Assembly (NCBI GenBank): GCA_973895155.1
Contig: OZ316891.1
Coordinates: 3,888,018-3,952,017 of the forward strand
Length of the DNA stretch: 64,000 nt
Direction: 5' to 3'
Source of the DNA: Marsupella aquatica
Taxonomy: Eukaryota > Plantae > Marchantiophyta
The notes under the pieces were generated by a model that was given only the letters and a program-made list of their open reading frames with translations, had not been told where the DNA came from and made no database searches. This document shows positions 14,400 to 27,600 of the stretch, piece after piece (position 1 is the first letter of the stretch; each line of letters begins with the position of its first letter). The position numbers and the translations under genes are program-made.

Positions 14400-15190
14400 A
14401 GAAAAGTTAGGGGGAGTTTGCTCAAGCAAATATACACAAACTTTTTACTGAAAAGGGCCAAACAGAGTACAAAAGAAGAAACAAAAGAGGTCCCAAGTGG
14501 ACAAAACCCCCCACAAAACCAAATACAAAAGTTCTAAGTGAACAAAAGGAAACCTCTAAAAACCAAGAAAGAGTAACCAAAACTACACCGAGGTCCTCAT
14601 CATTGCTAGCAAATGTGACAAAAAGCTAATGGTCCACATCAAGTGTATGCATGTTGAAACTAAATCAGCAAGTGGGATTGGAATGTGCTCTAGAGGGGCT
14701 AGCTGCTGCGGAGGCACACTAGCACCCACTGTCAGAGATCGACAATAGATGGCACGAGCTTGAGCACGATGTAAGGTGACTGAAATGCGTTGGCAAAAGT
14801 GCATGGTCAAAACAGATAGCGGGGGCTCGATTGGACCCATCCGGCCATGAACATCCCGAGCAGCTTGTCGAAGAAGCCCATCAAATTGATGATGGAGATG
14901 CCCAAATATCTCAAGAGCAAGGGGGGAGGAAGCTATCAGATGAAGCTCATGCAGCATATTTGGCCTCCTACGTTGTTGCCGCTCGTGATGCCGCTGCCCT
15001 GCCATTGTTGCCGCTGCCCTGCCATTGTTGCCGCTGCGCAATGAGTTTGCCACCACTACATCTGCTAAAGTACGTTGACCCTCACGGACCATGGTAAGAT
15101 CCACCCGTAACCGCTATGATGGAGGACCAGGTAACTTGAGCACCACCTCCCGCCGCACGCTGACCAAAGAGCCGGAGAGAACCTAAGGAG
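14400..15190 (-). mobile_element. 5'-truncated, degenerate CRE-like non-LTR retrotransposon: restriction-like endonuclease 3' end plus T-rich 3' UTR
   Basis: Minus-strand frames give RVDLTMVREGQRTLADVVVAN, AAASRAATT*EAKYAA*ASSDSFLP, LALEIFG and FCQRISVTLHRAQARAI. This matches the RLE pattern R.D...DV.V / AA...K..KY / F.P.A.E.FG / QRISV.L.R..A.AI. It contains stops, frameshifts and a 20-bp duplication at about 14991-15035. Confidence 0.7.
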
Positions 15191-17227
15191 TCGCATCTCT
15201 CATCGCTCAAGGCACCAGTCAACTTTTTATTTTAGCAGCAAAATTTAATATGTTCCACCTCTTTGAAAAGTTGTTGCCATTTTGGTGGAAAACATTTGGT
15301 GAAAAATGTTTGTTGTCTTCCATCAGCAAGTTAGCACCTAGGGATGTACCCCACCCCATTAACCAGAATATGAGGGTTCCTCTGAGTCTAGGTGATCTAG
15401 CAGCAATACATTAATGTAAGAGATCTAGATAAAGTATATTCTTAGCATCTTCTTCTTCACTCGAGGTAACATTTGCCATCCATCCCTTCCAAAGAAAAGA
15501 AATTCCTTACAAAATACAGGCCCTAGTGCGGCAACTCTAAGACATCGCACCTTGAAATCAGGCTTCCATGATACCTACCTATTTTTCCTTCCTCTAATCA
15601 AAGTAACCAAATAAAAATACTATCATTGTTTCCATTTACAAGCTAATCTGGGGTTGGAATTGATGGCAAACTTGACCTCTATCCTGATTCCAATCCCATC
15701 TCCGTCCACCACATATGCTTAGGCTAACTGATGTGGTTCACCATGGGAGTTACTTTCACTCATGTACGAGTGCAGGGGCAAATTTTTTATCTTGGTTACG
15801 GACCCCGGTTAGGGGTCCATTGCAAAATTTCTGGCACGAAGACGTGGCAAGTCAACATAGAAGCGGGCATAGAAGGCAACAAATAGGACACAACTGTTTA
15901 ATTTGCACAAAAAAGCGTCCAAATCATGGTTGTGGCAAATTTTGTGTAACCCCTGATGTATATCCTAACCGTAAAAATAAACCAGATACAAAAGAAAAGG
16001 TCAATTTTTTTAAAACACTAACCGTTTTATTTACTTCTAGATTTTTGGTAAATTCAATAAATTAGTAATATAATTACAGTGTTTTCACATTGAATTTTAA
16101 TATCTAAGTTATAAATCATTGTTTAAGACATTGGTAGTTAAAAGTAACTACCCTTGTCAGTAACGGCCAAAAACTAACCCCTCCTGATTTACAATGTTGT
16201 ACATCCTGTTGTTGATGAAGAGCTTCCTAGCTAATTACAGATAACCAATTAAAAAACTTAAGCACAATTGACTGAAGTTGGTAACTACTCAAGGAAGGCT
16301 TTTACAAAAATTTATGACAATGCCAACATCAGCACGGCTGCCATTTCTTTGGAAATTGCAAGTAGGTGTCACATCTTTCCAATTGTTCGATTAATCTGCT
16401 TTTCTACTGACCAGTGATCGATCCACCAAAATGCTTAAATGATGGATGGAGGTGCAGCTGGTCAATCGCGGAAGTAAAAGAATGGAAGTGAGTGATCTAT
16501 CCTTCCTGAGCAAAGCAGTGAGTTTTTCAGTGGAAGGAACTGTCTAGTGATTTGAAGTTTGAGAGCATTGTGTCTGTACTTTCCAGATAGAAACAAAAGC
16601 ATTCGGATTGAGAAATCAGGACTCAAGGACTGAAATTGAACGTATGACACGGGCAATGTGTCGCTTACACTGGATCTTCTAGTAGATTAGGATGTATACG
16701 GTCGACAGGACTGTAGACATATAGTAGGAGGAATACATAACAATTAGCAGTCATGATTAGATTAGGGTTAGGATAGTGGTCATAATGAGCAATAAGTAAG
16801 GATGCGCACTTAGATTTCAAAATTGTTGTATTTTGGTGGCAGCAGAATGAAATTTGGTTAGTCACACATCACGCCTGGACTCAAATAATCAATGCGGACC
16901 AGAAGATGGCGGCCGTATGCAAGTACAGACTGAACCAAGCTCAATACCTCCTCATGCAAGGGCCCACAAATGTCCGGATTTGTTGAGCATCAAGCTCATT
17001 CTCTCCTATCAACTATGCTATTCTCGCCTCCACTACCTCCTGTTGGCGTTGTGTTTGATTGTCACTCTACTTGCTCAAGGATTGTCGTTTAAATATTGAT
17101 AGAAACCGATAGAAATGGGATACATTGTGACAAGATTCATCAGCAAACAAAGATGGGCAACTACAGAAGTGGTGGACATGGAGTGTTGCAAGGAGGATGG
17201 GCTGCATGAGAGAGATTAATTTGTGAG

Positions 17228-17429
17228 CCCTATTAGTTGGAATATTCTTGGATTATTCCAAAAATATGATTTATTAAAAAGACTGTATCATTCTTATAAG
17301 TCTCAAAACTGGATTTAAAATATCCTATTGTTCTTCTAAGACAATTCTTAAGTTTTCCTTTATAATCAACAAAACAACTTTATATTTTGTCCCACATGAT
17401 GTCATTTTTGTGGAAATGAAACCTCCAAG
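17228..17429. mobile_element. Truncated MITE, subfamily 3; only one terminus retained
   Basis: Aligns with 20591-20781 and ends in a degenerate TIR, ATGAAACCTCCAAG. It is inverted relative to the adjacent copy. Confidence 0.7.
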
Positions 17430-17460
17430 CACTACTTCAAAAGGTGCTAAGGTTAGTATT

Positions 17461-17756
17461 CTTTGGAGTTTCACTTCCACAAAAATGGCACATCACATGC
17501 GATGAAGTATAGGGTCATTTTATTGGTTCAAAGGGAAGACTTAAGAATTGTTTGAGAAAAACAATAGGGTTTTTTAAATCCAATTTTGAGACTTATAAGA
17601 ACATTAGTGTCCTTATAACCAAATTTTTAGAATATTCCAAGAATATTCCAACTTTATAGGGGTTTAATTTTTTTTTAAAATCTTACATTTTAGGGGCTCT
17701 GAGGCCTAAAAATGTCGCAGGTGATGGAGAGGCATGCATATAGTGAGACCCCCAAG
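17461..17756. mobile_element. MITE, subfamily 3 (TIR about CTCGGGGGTCTCAC), 8-bp TSD TTAGTATT
   Basis: CTTTGGAGTTTCAC ... GTGAGACCCCCAAG, flanked by TTAGTATT at 17453-17460 and 17757-17764. Confidence 0.9.
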
Positions 17757-18214
17757 TTAGTATTCCATTATTGCTCTCAGATTTTGGACCTTGTTTGGGG
17801 AAGTAGGAGCAAAGCTGTTTGAACTCTATTGGTATTCTTGCCCCAAGAAGGCTAACTACAAACAAAGGTACGCAAAGTTGGTGATCCTAGTGGCATAAAT
17901 CAATTGCGGTAAAGTAGCTATGAATCACAATTGAAAGGGTTTTGACTACAAGGAGACACAAACTACATCATTGAGCTCTTCACTAACCAACTAAGACGCA
18001 TTGTTGTCTATAGCAAAAACAATCGTGGGGGTCCTAGCCAAGTATTTCAAGCTAAAAAGTGGCCAACAAATCAGCCAGACAAGCAGAATTCAAAAAGATT
18101 CTTGCATGTTTACATTGAGCAGCAGTTGGCAGCAAAGCAAAGGGTAGACAAGATTAGCTGCCAACATAGGTAGCTAGGAACCTCACTCTCCATTGGGAAA
18201 GCTCGGGTTTGAGA

Positions 18215-18538
18215 CTCAGGGGGGTCACTATATGGAGGATCATACATCACTTGCGACATTTTGGGGTTTGACCTCCCTAACTTATAAGTGAAAAATGTAT
18301 TTTTGCAAAACCCTTTCTTTTAAAAAATTTTGTCATTTTTATTAAAAAATCCCTAAAAAATTTAAATAAAGTTTTTTTACAATTAAATAGGCTTATGTGT
18401 TCTTTAAAGTCAACCAGTCAATAAAACATGCCCTATGTGTTCTGCCACCAAATTTTGGAATTCTTCCGCCGCACCCATTTAAATGGGCCTATACTTCGTT
18501 GCACGTGATGTGCCACTTCCGTGGAAGTGACCCCCCAG
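18215..18538. mobile_element. MITE, subfamily 1 (TIR CTCGGGGGGGTCACT), 8-bp TSD GTTTGAGA
   Basis: Close reverse-complement match to 44933-45260. GTTTGAGA at 18207-18214 and 18539-18546. Confidence 0.9.
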
Positions 18539-18599
18539 GTTTGAGATGGTTATTCCAACCGCCACATCTGTTAACCCCAAACCTCCTGCCCCGGCTAAG

Positions 18600-19900
18600 C
18601 AGATTCTGGCAACCCGACTGGCAAGCCAGACTTAGGGTACTCTCTATGGACAATGCAGAGTACTCATCATGATCGGACCAAGTGGATACTCTGCACCTAA
18701 ACTAACAAGCAAGGAAGAAGAAGAAGACAATGATTGGCCCAGACCAGCCCATGCAGACTCCGCCTACTCCGCCTAGCTTTGGGCCTCCTACTCTGGTTCC
18801 AGTCCCTAGCTTGGCCTCGCTTGCACCGCCTTCCCTGATGAATCCTGCCCCCTTGAATCAAGCCTTAATGGGCATAACTCGTGTCCACAAGGGCCAATGG
18901 GAGGCAATCAAGTCTGCAGCCCATGCAAACTACCTGAAGGAGCATCACTTGGACAAGTTTGCTCACTTAAGCTGGCAATCTATCGCATTTGGGGCATGGG
19001 AGATTTGGGAATTCATTGAGAACTTTGACATAAATTAAAACCCCAGCTACAAAGGTGGCGGGACAAACCTTGTCCCTCACTGAGTAACAATTAGCCAAAT
19101 CTTTGCCCTGTTGGTAGACCGGTATCGATTGAATTAAGGATTTGGGACAAGGAGTATGTTCCCTAACATTTCAACCCGGCGGTAAGACGGAAATGGGTAC
19201 TAGCAAATGTCGTACCATGCAACCAGATCTGTATGGAGCAGCTCAACTTCATAAGGTCTATCTTGCACATGATTGAGCCTTGGTCCAACTGAAGATCTCC
19301 CTCTACACAATTATGTGGGTGGAGCAGTATAAGAATCAGGATTGGGCGCAATTCTTTGGCCGCCAATTCTTGGGGGAGCTAAGACAGGTTTGCACATTGG
19401 AGGAAGAACATTCCTTTGGAGCCACATCATAATTATCCTTGAGTCGTATGGCAAAGGCACAAGGCCAAGGGTAAGAGTACCACTGACTACCTTGGCCTTG
19501 ATGGACATCAACCCCATCACCAACCCAATGGACATCTTGGCTACCACCTCTAGAGCGGACAAAGCTCCTAGTTCGTTGCCCCCAACTCCCCCACCTCTAC
19601 CACGTTTGGGACCGTGGCGATAAATGGTCCCCCGCCACCTCCCCCTCTCATCATGCCCCCGCTACCTCCGTCCCAATAACCCCAAATCCCACCACTGCCT
19701 TCGGACCAAATCCCATCTCCTTTGCAAACTACCAAAAATGTGGTAGCAGAACCCATGGACAATCCAAGGTTACGTCCTAGCCCAACAGTAGAGGAGTATC
19801 TGAATATAGTAGACATACGAGTTAGTGCAGAGGTTAAATGTTGTCGTGCCAGGTTAAGAACCATTTCCAACCAGCCTTCTTTACATTGGAGCCCCTAGGG
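18600..19900 (+). mobile_element. Decayed GC-richer ORF remnant, probably a retroelement accessory ORF
   Basis: Broken protein-like frames (YLKEHHLDKFAHLSWQSIAFGAWEIWEFIENF; FLWSHIIIILESYGKG) and Pro-rich tracts between TE debris. Family not identified. Confidence 0.3.
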
Positions 19901-20479
19901 AATCACTTAGAGTAAAACCCCTACAACTCATGAGAACAAATCAATGAAATTTGAAAAAATTAATTCAAAAATTAATTCAAATAAAAAATCCTTGTACCCT
20001 TTATTGTAAAAATTTGACATATTTTTAAATACATTGCTGAATTTAAAAAATTATATTTTTATCAAAATTGAATTTTTAAATGCCTTTAGCATAATTTTTT
20101 ATTATAATTATTAGTCTGAAAAGATTTAAAATAACCTTCATTTGTTTGCACCCAGCCAACAAAACCTTTAATTTCCTACCCAAGTAGATTGCTTTGATCA
20201 CTTGTAGAGCTTTGCTCAATCCCACGAGTGAACTAAGATCCTCAATTCCAAATTGAATTCATTGATCTTTATGAATCTATAATTATACACTGGAGGTACT
20301 AGACTAGTGGGATGTCTATGATAGGGGATCAAGAGGGATCAAGAAAACTTAATGTTGTTTCTCAAGAAATTCTAGATTAGGGGCCAGATCTATCACGTAC
20401 TCTTTCCCCTTGAAGAGCTTTGTGAGTCTATAATTATGATTCCCCTGCCAAAACTTATAAATTGCATCAACCACAGTCT

Positions 20480-21016
20480 GTTGGGGGGTCACTATATGCT
20501 CGGGGGTCTCACCTATGGATGCCTCCCCATCACCTGCAAGGTTTTTAGGCCTTGGACCCCTAAACTGTAAGGCAAAAAAGTATTTTTCAACCCCTATAAA
20601 GTTGGAATATTCCAAAAAAATTTGTTAGAAAGACCCTAATGTTCTTATAAGTCTCAAAATTGGATTTAAAGACCCTATAGTTTTTTTGAGAAAATTCTTA
20701 GGTCTTCCCTTTGGATCAATAGAACGACACTATCCTTTGTCGCAGGTGATGTGTCATTTTTGTGGAAGTGAAACCCCTGAGAGTATATGGAGGGTCATAC
20801 ATCACGTGCAATAGTTTGGGTCAATTATGACCCTCCTAAGTCACTTTCTATAAAATTGTACGGCACCAATCACGTGATGACACATGCATTTTATAATTAA
20901 ACAACCCTATATTTCCATTGAAGACTTAATAAGTCTTCCGCCAAAACCATTTAAATGGCCTTATCCTTTGTTGCACATAATCAATGTGTCACTTCCATGG
21001 AAATTACCCCCTTGGG
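20480..21016. mobile_element. MITE, subfamily 2 (outer element), interrupted by a nested subfamily-3 MITE
   Basis: 20480-20498 plus 20790-21016 closely matches the reverse complement of 38997-39241. Degenerate TSD CACAGTCT/CATAGACT (6/8). Confidence 0.8.
20499..20781. mobile_element. MITE, subfamily 3, nested; TSD ACTATATG/AGTATATG
   Basis: CTCGGGGGTCTCAC ... GTGAAACCCCTGAG. The 8-bp flanks match 7/8, and the element closely matches the reverse complement of 17461-17756. Confidence 0.85.
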
Positions 21017-22845
21017 CATAGACTACATCCCGGCCATAATCACTCTTTAAATAACATTGTCATAGACTTATTCCCAGCCATGAACTTCATTTGATGTCAT
21101 TTGATTTGAAAGTGTTGAAAAAGCTTGACAAAGTGAAACCTGCAAGGAAACCTGTGAATCTAACATCAGACAACAAACCTCTCCTTTCATTGTCATGACT
21201 ACCTTGTAACATTGACCTCAATTTTTCTAAACCATAATACAACTGACAAAAATTGTACGTGAATCCCGGGATCGTGAGTTAATGCTAACCAAACTACAAA
21301 AATATATTAATCAAAAACGCGCAACACCTTCAATCAAATTTCTTCCGATGCTATGCATGCCTAATTGAACTCACTAAAGTATGTTAAATCCATTACCGTG
21401 ACTTTGAAACAAATAAGACATACGGCAAGCCTTTGTGTTTTTTTTGAACCTTCAGTCAAGACTTAGGACACAAGTTCACCAGCAAATGCAAATGTATGCT
21501 ACAATTTTAAGAGAAATATTGACTCGTATATTGCATCGTCTAGAAGTCGCTGACAGCCTTGGAAGACATACTTGAAAGCTTGCAATCAAACTCTAGTGAC
21601 CTCAATTAAAATTGGAATCTTAGCTGTTGAACCTTCTTCTTCCCAACCACCTGCAGCAAGTGAGAGTCTTAGAAGTCAGAGGAGTCAATCTCATGTACCC
21701 CAATATATGTGCTCTTTTCCCATACTTGACTCTCGTCCTCAACCATTAGCAAGGTCTCAAACTGAACCGCAAGAAAGCCCATTAGAAAAGAATGAATATA
21801 GAATATATCACCATAACAGAGAATCTGATCATCTCTTCCTTGTGGTATGTATCTTTTCATATTAGCTACTTGCTAGGACAAGAACATCTATCCTCCATTC
21901 TTAAGAGGTTCTTATTTGCAGTGGTAATTCTTCTTGCCTTGTCAAGTACTGTAAGACATATTTATCACCATGAGCCCTTGAATTGTAATAAACTAGAAAG
22001 GGGTAGTAAATTGTGGGGCATTGTAATGTCTCATAATCATAAGACAATGTTCATCTCTCACAAAGTGCATATCAAATCAAAATACAAACCACAAACCATG
22101 CACATTACTTGATTCAGTTAGCCCCTTCTTTTGTATGAACGCTCAATTGCCTTCGGTGTAAAAAGGTGATTAGTCTATCTAGAGTCCCTAGGTCAAACAC
22201 TGTTTGGAAACGTTCAATATTCTATTGTGCACTAAGAGGTTTATATTCTACTTGTAAGAAATTCAATACAAACCTTTTCATTTCAATTTTTTTTCTGTAT
22301 TTTGGTTGCAAAGAAAGGAATGTCTGGTTTCTCCTTACGAGGATCCCTACCTAGAGTGTTACACCATCATGAGTGGCTACACTTAAATAAAACTAGAGTT
22401 ACATTAGATAGTAAATTATTTTAAATCTAATATTTAGCTAATATTTACATGCAATCTGAACTAATACTAAAACTACTCATTCCTATATAAATTATATTAA
22501 AATATATCAAAATTAATGATTCTATTATGAAAATTTTAAATATTAATTTAATCTATGAAATATTTTTTAAATATTTTTTAAAATTATTAAATGTATTAAA
22601 TTAGTATACTATATTTTGATTAAATTATTTTTCAAATAAAAAATATAATTCAATATTTAGATTGAAATAAAAATTATTATAATTTGAAAATTTGAAATTC
22701 AAAATAATTATTTAATAATAAATATTATTTATATAGTTTAAAGATAGTAATATTATAAAAATAATAAATATTATTAATAACAAAATTTCCATAAAATGAA
22801 TTTATTATAACTTGAAAAAATTACAAAAAATTCAATTTTTGGTGA

Positions 22846-23030
22846 TTTTTGGATATCTTGTTTTTTTTCTTTGTGTAGAGGTTGACCATTTTGTCCATCC
22901 TCTTATAAAGTGGAGTTTTTTCGCCCGGACCAGTTTGCAAGTTTTTTGAGATATCTTGTTTTTTTTCCTTGTCTAGAGGTTGACCATTTTGTCCATCTTA
23001 TAAAGTGGAGTTTTTATGCCCCGACCAGTT
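22846..23030. repeat. About 98-bp tandem duplication at the edge of an AT-rich island
   Basis: GATATCTTGTTTTTTTT...TAGAGGTTGACCATTTTGTCCATC...TTATAAAGTGGAGTTTTT at 22852 and 22950. Confidence 0.85.
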
Positions 23031-24646
23031 GTGCAATTGCTTTGCTTTGCTTTAGTAAGGTGGTCTTGCTCCTTGTTTAGAAAAAATCACTTTTAAAAGA
23101 CCGAGAAGAAAAACATTCTTCTACTAATGGATGGAACATGTTCAATAGGTCTAGAACCAAATTTGATTTTGCTTTGCACCCTTTCAGGTGGAAAAGAGGA
23201 ACACTTTATAATCTAACGAATTCAAAAATACAAAACGAAATTTGACTAAACATTATGTTTTAAAACATATTATTCTCACTTTTCATTGTCATTTGTATCT
23301 AGGGAATGTATTTTTAGTTAATTACTGCACCTTTCAGTAGCATCATACCCTAACTTCTAAGCATCCTTCAAAGGAACCCGTGAGTAACATGAGACTCTCA
23401 CTTCCAAAGCACCCTTCAAAAGATCCCAACCTATAATGGCTGGTGTGGCACAAGAGATTCAAAGAAGAAACGCTACCCATTATTGTTATGCACTGAAGGA
23501 CAGCTCACTAGAAAATTCAAAGAACGCACACCAGTCTCGAACTACTCGCAATATTTGCTTCATTCCCAACCTTCTATTGACCATTTCCAGTAAATGGTGC
23601 CTAAAACTTCCAATGAAATTCTAGATTTCAACTGACTTCGAACCAATAGGTTTCCAAGGCACTTGGACTTGCAAATCCGTGCATGTTCTCCAAAAATGAC
23701 CATATCAAAATATCCCCTCAGCTCCCCCATCAGACATCCCTCACTGTCAAGCAGTCTCATCTGTGCCCCGACACCCAGCACACAGCTCCTTTGCGCTCAT
23801 TCCCTAGACAGAAAACCTGAAGGAGGCATTAAAAAAATTGAAAATGACCGAGTAAAAAATAGAAATGTACACCAGAATTTGCACCTGTACGAGTGTGTTT
23901 GACAGGGCATTGAGCAAGATAAATTCCCATGTGATTATTCAAATTCTAACCACATCCCAGTGTCACCAGCATTATTATCAAGCCCGCATTAAGGGTAATA
24001 ACAATGCACAATCCGATCCTGTTTGTCAAACCCTAAATCTGGGAGACGGGTTTACGGTTTAGCATTCTCATATTCCACTTGTCTATGGTGACCTCAAAGA
24101 GATGTAAATCATTATAATAGATACAGCTCCATGGTGGAGAAAGGAGAAATTCTTTCAGCTTGAGGCTGTTGCGCTACCTACTGTCCAGCTTCACGAAGGG
24201 TTTTCATCTGTCCCATCTACTTAGCCTTCAAGCACTGACATGTTATTCACTTGAGAAAGCTAATCCTCCCTGCTTTAAACATCCATCAGGCTGGAATCTC
24301 TTTTTGCCTTGCTAATATAGCATTCCGATCTTTGTCTTGTTCAGCTAGCGCAGGGACAACAGTCAGGCCAACACACTCTCCAAAAGAAGCACATTCCAGA
24401 TCCTCCTAGCAAGGCTATCGAACTGGACTGTTGACAGTGCCCCAAAATACTGTACAAAGATACCTTCGCCGAGTAGAAGTAAGGTGAATCAAACTTCTCG
24501 TAAGATCGTGCAAAGACTGCTGCATAATTCCTCACTGTGAAAACAAATAGAAGGTCCTGTCAAATGGCTGGCAACCAAGACTCCTGTGTTGGTGCCCAGC
24601 CAATAATAACAGAACCTTGCTTGAACCAGAAATTGTATTTTCATAT

Positions 24647-27600
24647 TCATTCGCCCTCTTCTTCCACCACTTCTTCCTCCTCTTGGAGAAGATTCTCACG
24701 ATTATCATGAGCCCAGAATCCACGAACATCGGTAAGCATGCTCGCAATAGTACCACCTTGGCGGCAATTTATCATGTCTGCTAGGGATATTCTATGAGGA
24801 TCTGCTGGTTTGACCATGTCCCATATTTCATCCCTTACATCATCTATAGACAAGTCATAATTTCCCCCTTCAATCCACTTTCGATGCACATCCCTGAAAA
24901 CAATAGAAGCATATTAGGAAGCTCACAATTTAAATAAGTTACCGAACGATGACATCTCGTTCAACCGAACAAGGAAACCTGAAAGAATTGAAGAATACAT
25001 AACTATAGGAGTTCTTGAGGCTTGTTTACCAAACCTTTCGGCATACAAGCAGGAAAAAACCCAGAGTCAATCTTGGAAGATAGTATCAAGTGACACAAAA
25101 TAGCTATGCATGGCCACTCTTCTGATCTTCCGCTTGACTTACGAGATGAGATCTCGAAAGCACACAGTTGGAATTTGAACCATCGTAACTATCTTTCAAA
25201 CAAAGCTTGCCAGGTCATCTAGAAAACAAGAAAGGTGCTGGATAGGATTAGGGAATTTTGTGGAATCTACTTTGAAGGCAGCGAACCCACCGACAAGGGC
25301 AGACTCTTCATGACACGATGGTAACTTTCATTGAAACCATCAGATCGTAAAATAATACTCAAAATTCTCTTCATCTCTTCGTTTGGAAAGGCGGGGAAAT
25401 ATCCAGTAGATATTGAGGAGGGACCTGAGAACAGAAGAGTAATCCTCAATAACAGCGTTGAAAGGTGACCCAGTTACCTGAAAAGCGTGTGGACATCAGC
25501 TGCTGTAAGAAAGCCCCTGCTATGGAGGTCAAGGCACTTGAATAAGTAGGTCAGCCCTTCTTGAGAATCTCTGTTCTCAAGAGCTAATACAAAATCCAAG
25601 AAGCTGTCAAAGTCCATCTCTCGTGCCTTTCCCGCACTAAGTCCTCCTCTTCCGCGTCTGACATGCTCGTCAAAAACTGCACCACAAAAAACACTTAGAG
25701 AACACCATCTTCTCATTCTAATGATAATATTCTGACGAGGATTCCACCAACCGAGAACCGACTGAGGAGGAAAATTAGATCTAACCTCGTTCAATGAAAA
25801 TTTCCGTCAGCGTTCCATCTGAGTAGGCTTGCAGTTCTTGCTTGTTAAGAGTACCATTCAAATCCTTGTCCAAGGCGAGAAACATATCTGGACGAACAAG
25901 CCTTGCTCAGAAACGTAGAACCATACGTTACATAAATCATTCCTCCGAAAACTCTTAAAACCGACCGTCCTCGATTCTTTTTTGAACATCCATTCTCAAT
26001 GCAGTTTAGCAGTTGTTATCGTCTCCACCTTTGACCTTAACAACAGCCCTGCAGATCCGAATGGATGCACGTGAAGAAGAGAATCAACTTTAAGATTAAG
26101 CATTTGAATTTCAAACACTCACCACAAATCCTTTGTGCGCTGCTAAGAGAAAACCAGTTATCACTTGAATCAATTTCCTGGCCTTCGTCATCATTTTCCT
26201 GTCATCCAATACCATTCAACTTTAGGCAACTTGTAGTTTTTTAACACGACATGGAATTAACACACATTATATTGATCGGTCCCCTCAGTGAATGTACAGG
26301 AAATGTTCATAATGAAAGCCCAGGTCAAGCTTTATATAAGAGACCACCGTATACTCATCATAATTAGTATGTGCCAGATAGTTTCAGATTCAAATCCTAT
26401 TAAGGTCGTACATTCAACTTTTTGACATTCATGTAGTGAAACTAATAATGAGAATGAATAATACCTGATGTAGTTCCATGAGCTCTGCCAGACAATTACT
26501 TAGGAGTACCTTTTTTATGCATAGCTTGCCTGCACGACAACAAATACATAGTGGAAACTGTAAAAGGAACTTCACTACAATGATTCGAGCTGTTTGAGTT
26601 TGCATAAAGTTACGAAGGTCCGTAATTCTCAACCAGCCAAAACGTGGAATTCAAAATTGGCAGAACGTGACCTTTCCAGCTGCAAGAAATCAAAATCGAG
26701 GACTCAACCACAGAAACTAATTCATAGGATGCCTGAAACTCCAATCACGAGCCGAATCACGAGCCGAATCACGATTGAAATTACGTTGGAAAGCAGATCT
26801 TCCCTAAGCAGATTTCACGGACATTAATTTTGAATTCTGAAGTCACTCGCATAATTACAGAGTACATACCTCGTCTTTGATTATCACAAAAAAAAAAGAA
26901 CTTCCGTGTGGCGATTCGACAATACATGGACACAAAAGGAGCAGGAATGTCACGGAGCTGGGCCAAGTTGGGAATGAGACCTCTTACATATGCCTCCATC
27001 TCCTGCAGTCAATGTAAGATACCACGTTTAGATCAAATACCCCCAGGCTCTCTCAAGCTCAAGTATTGATTGCAAATTCCTCAGCAGTTCTAACATAATT
27101 TCTAAACTGCATCTTCAAAGCGTGGAGTTCTTCCTGTCGAAAAGAAAATTCCTTGCAACCGAGACATTGAGAAACGAAATGCCCCGAAAATTCAGAAGTC
27201 AATGGCAAACTAAGACCTAATTGAGTAAAGTTAGCCCCCAAAATCAATTGTATACCTGTGGTTGAAGGTAGCCATCACCATCATCATCAAGTTCACACAT
27301 GTCAATACGCGCCTGCGTTAGTGACACCTGCATGACAAACCAAGTGCACGTGAGACCTAACAATCAAGTCTGTGTTGTTAAACATAATTTAAAAATAAAT
27401 AAATGTGGTTTGCCCTTCATGAAAGGAATAAAACTGCATATTTCGCTGAGTGAAAACTCACGCAAGAAAGTCATAGTAAAAATGCTTGCGCTAATTCGTA
27501 GAAAAGCGGCTCTGGGAGTAAATAGCTCTTCTTGTTCGGGCAAAGCTACTATCACCACATCTTCAACCCCATTCTTACAGACCCCAATTGTCTTTCCCAC

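Noticed and set aside
15774-16182. Possible TIR element (AGGGGCAAATTTTT ... AAAAACTAACCCCT)
   Set aside because: Only a partial inverted match and no TSD.
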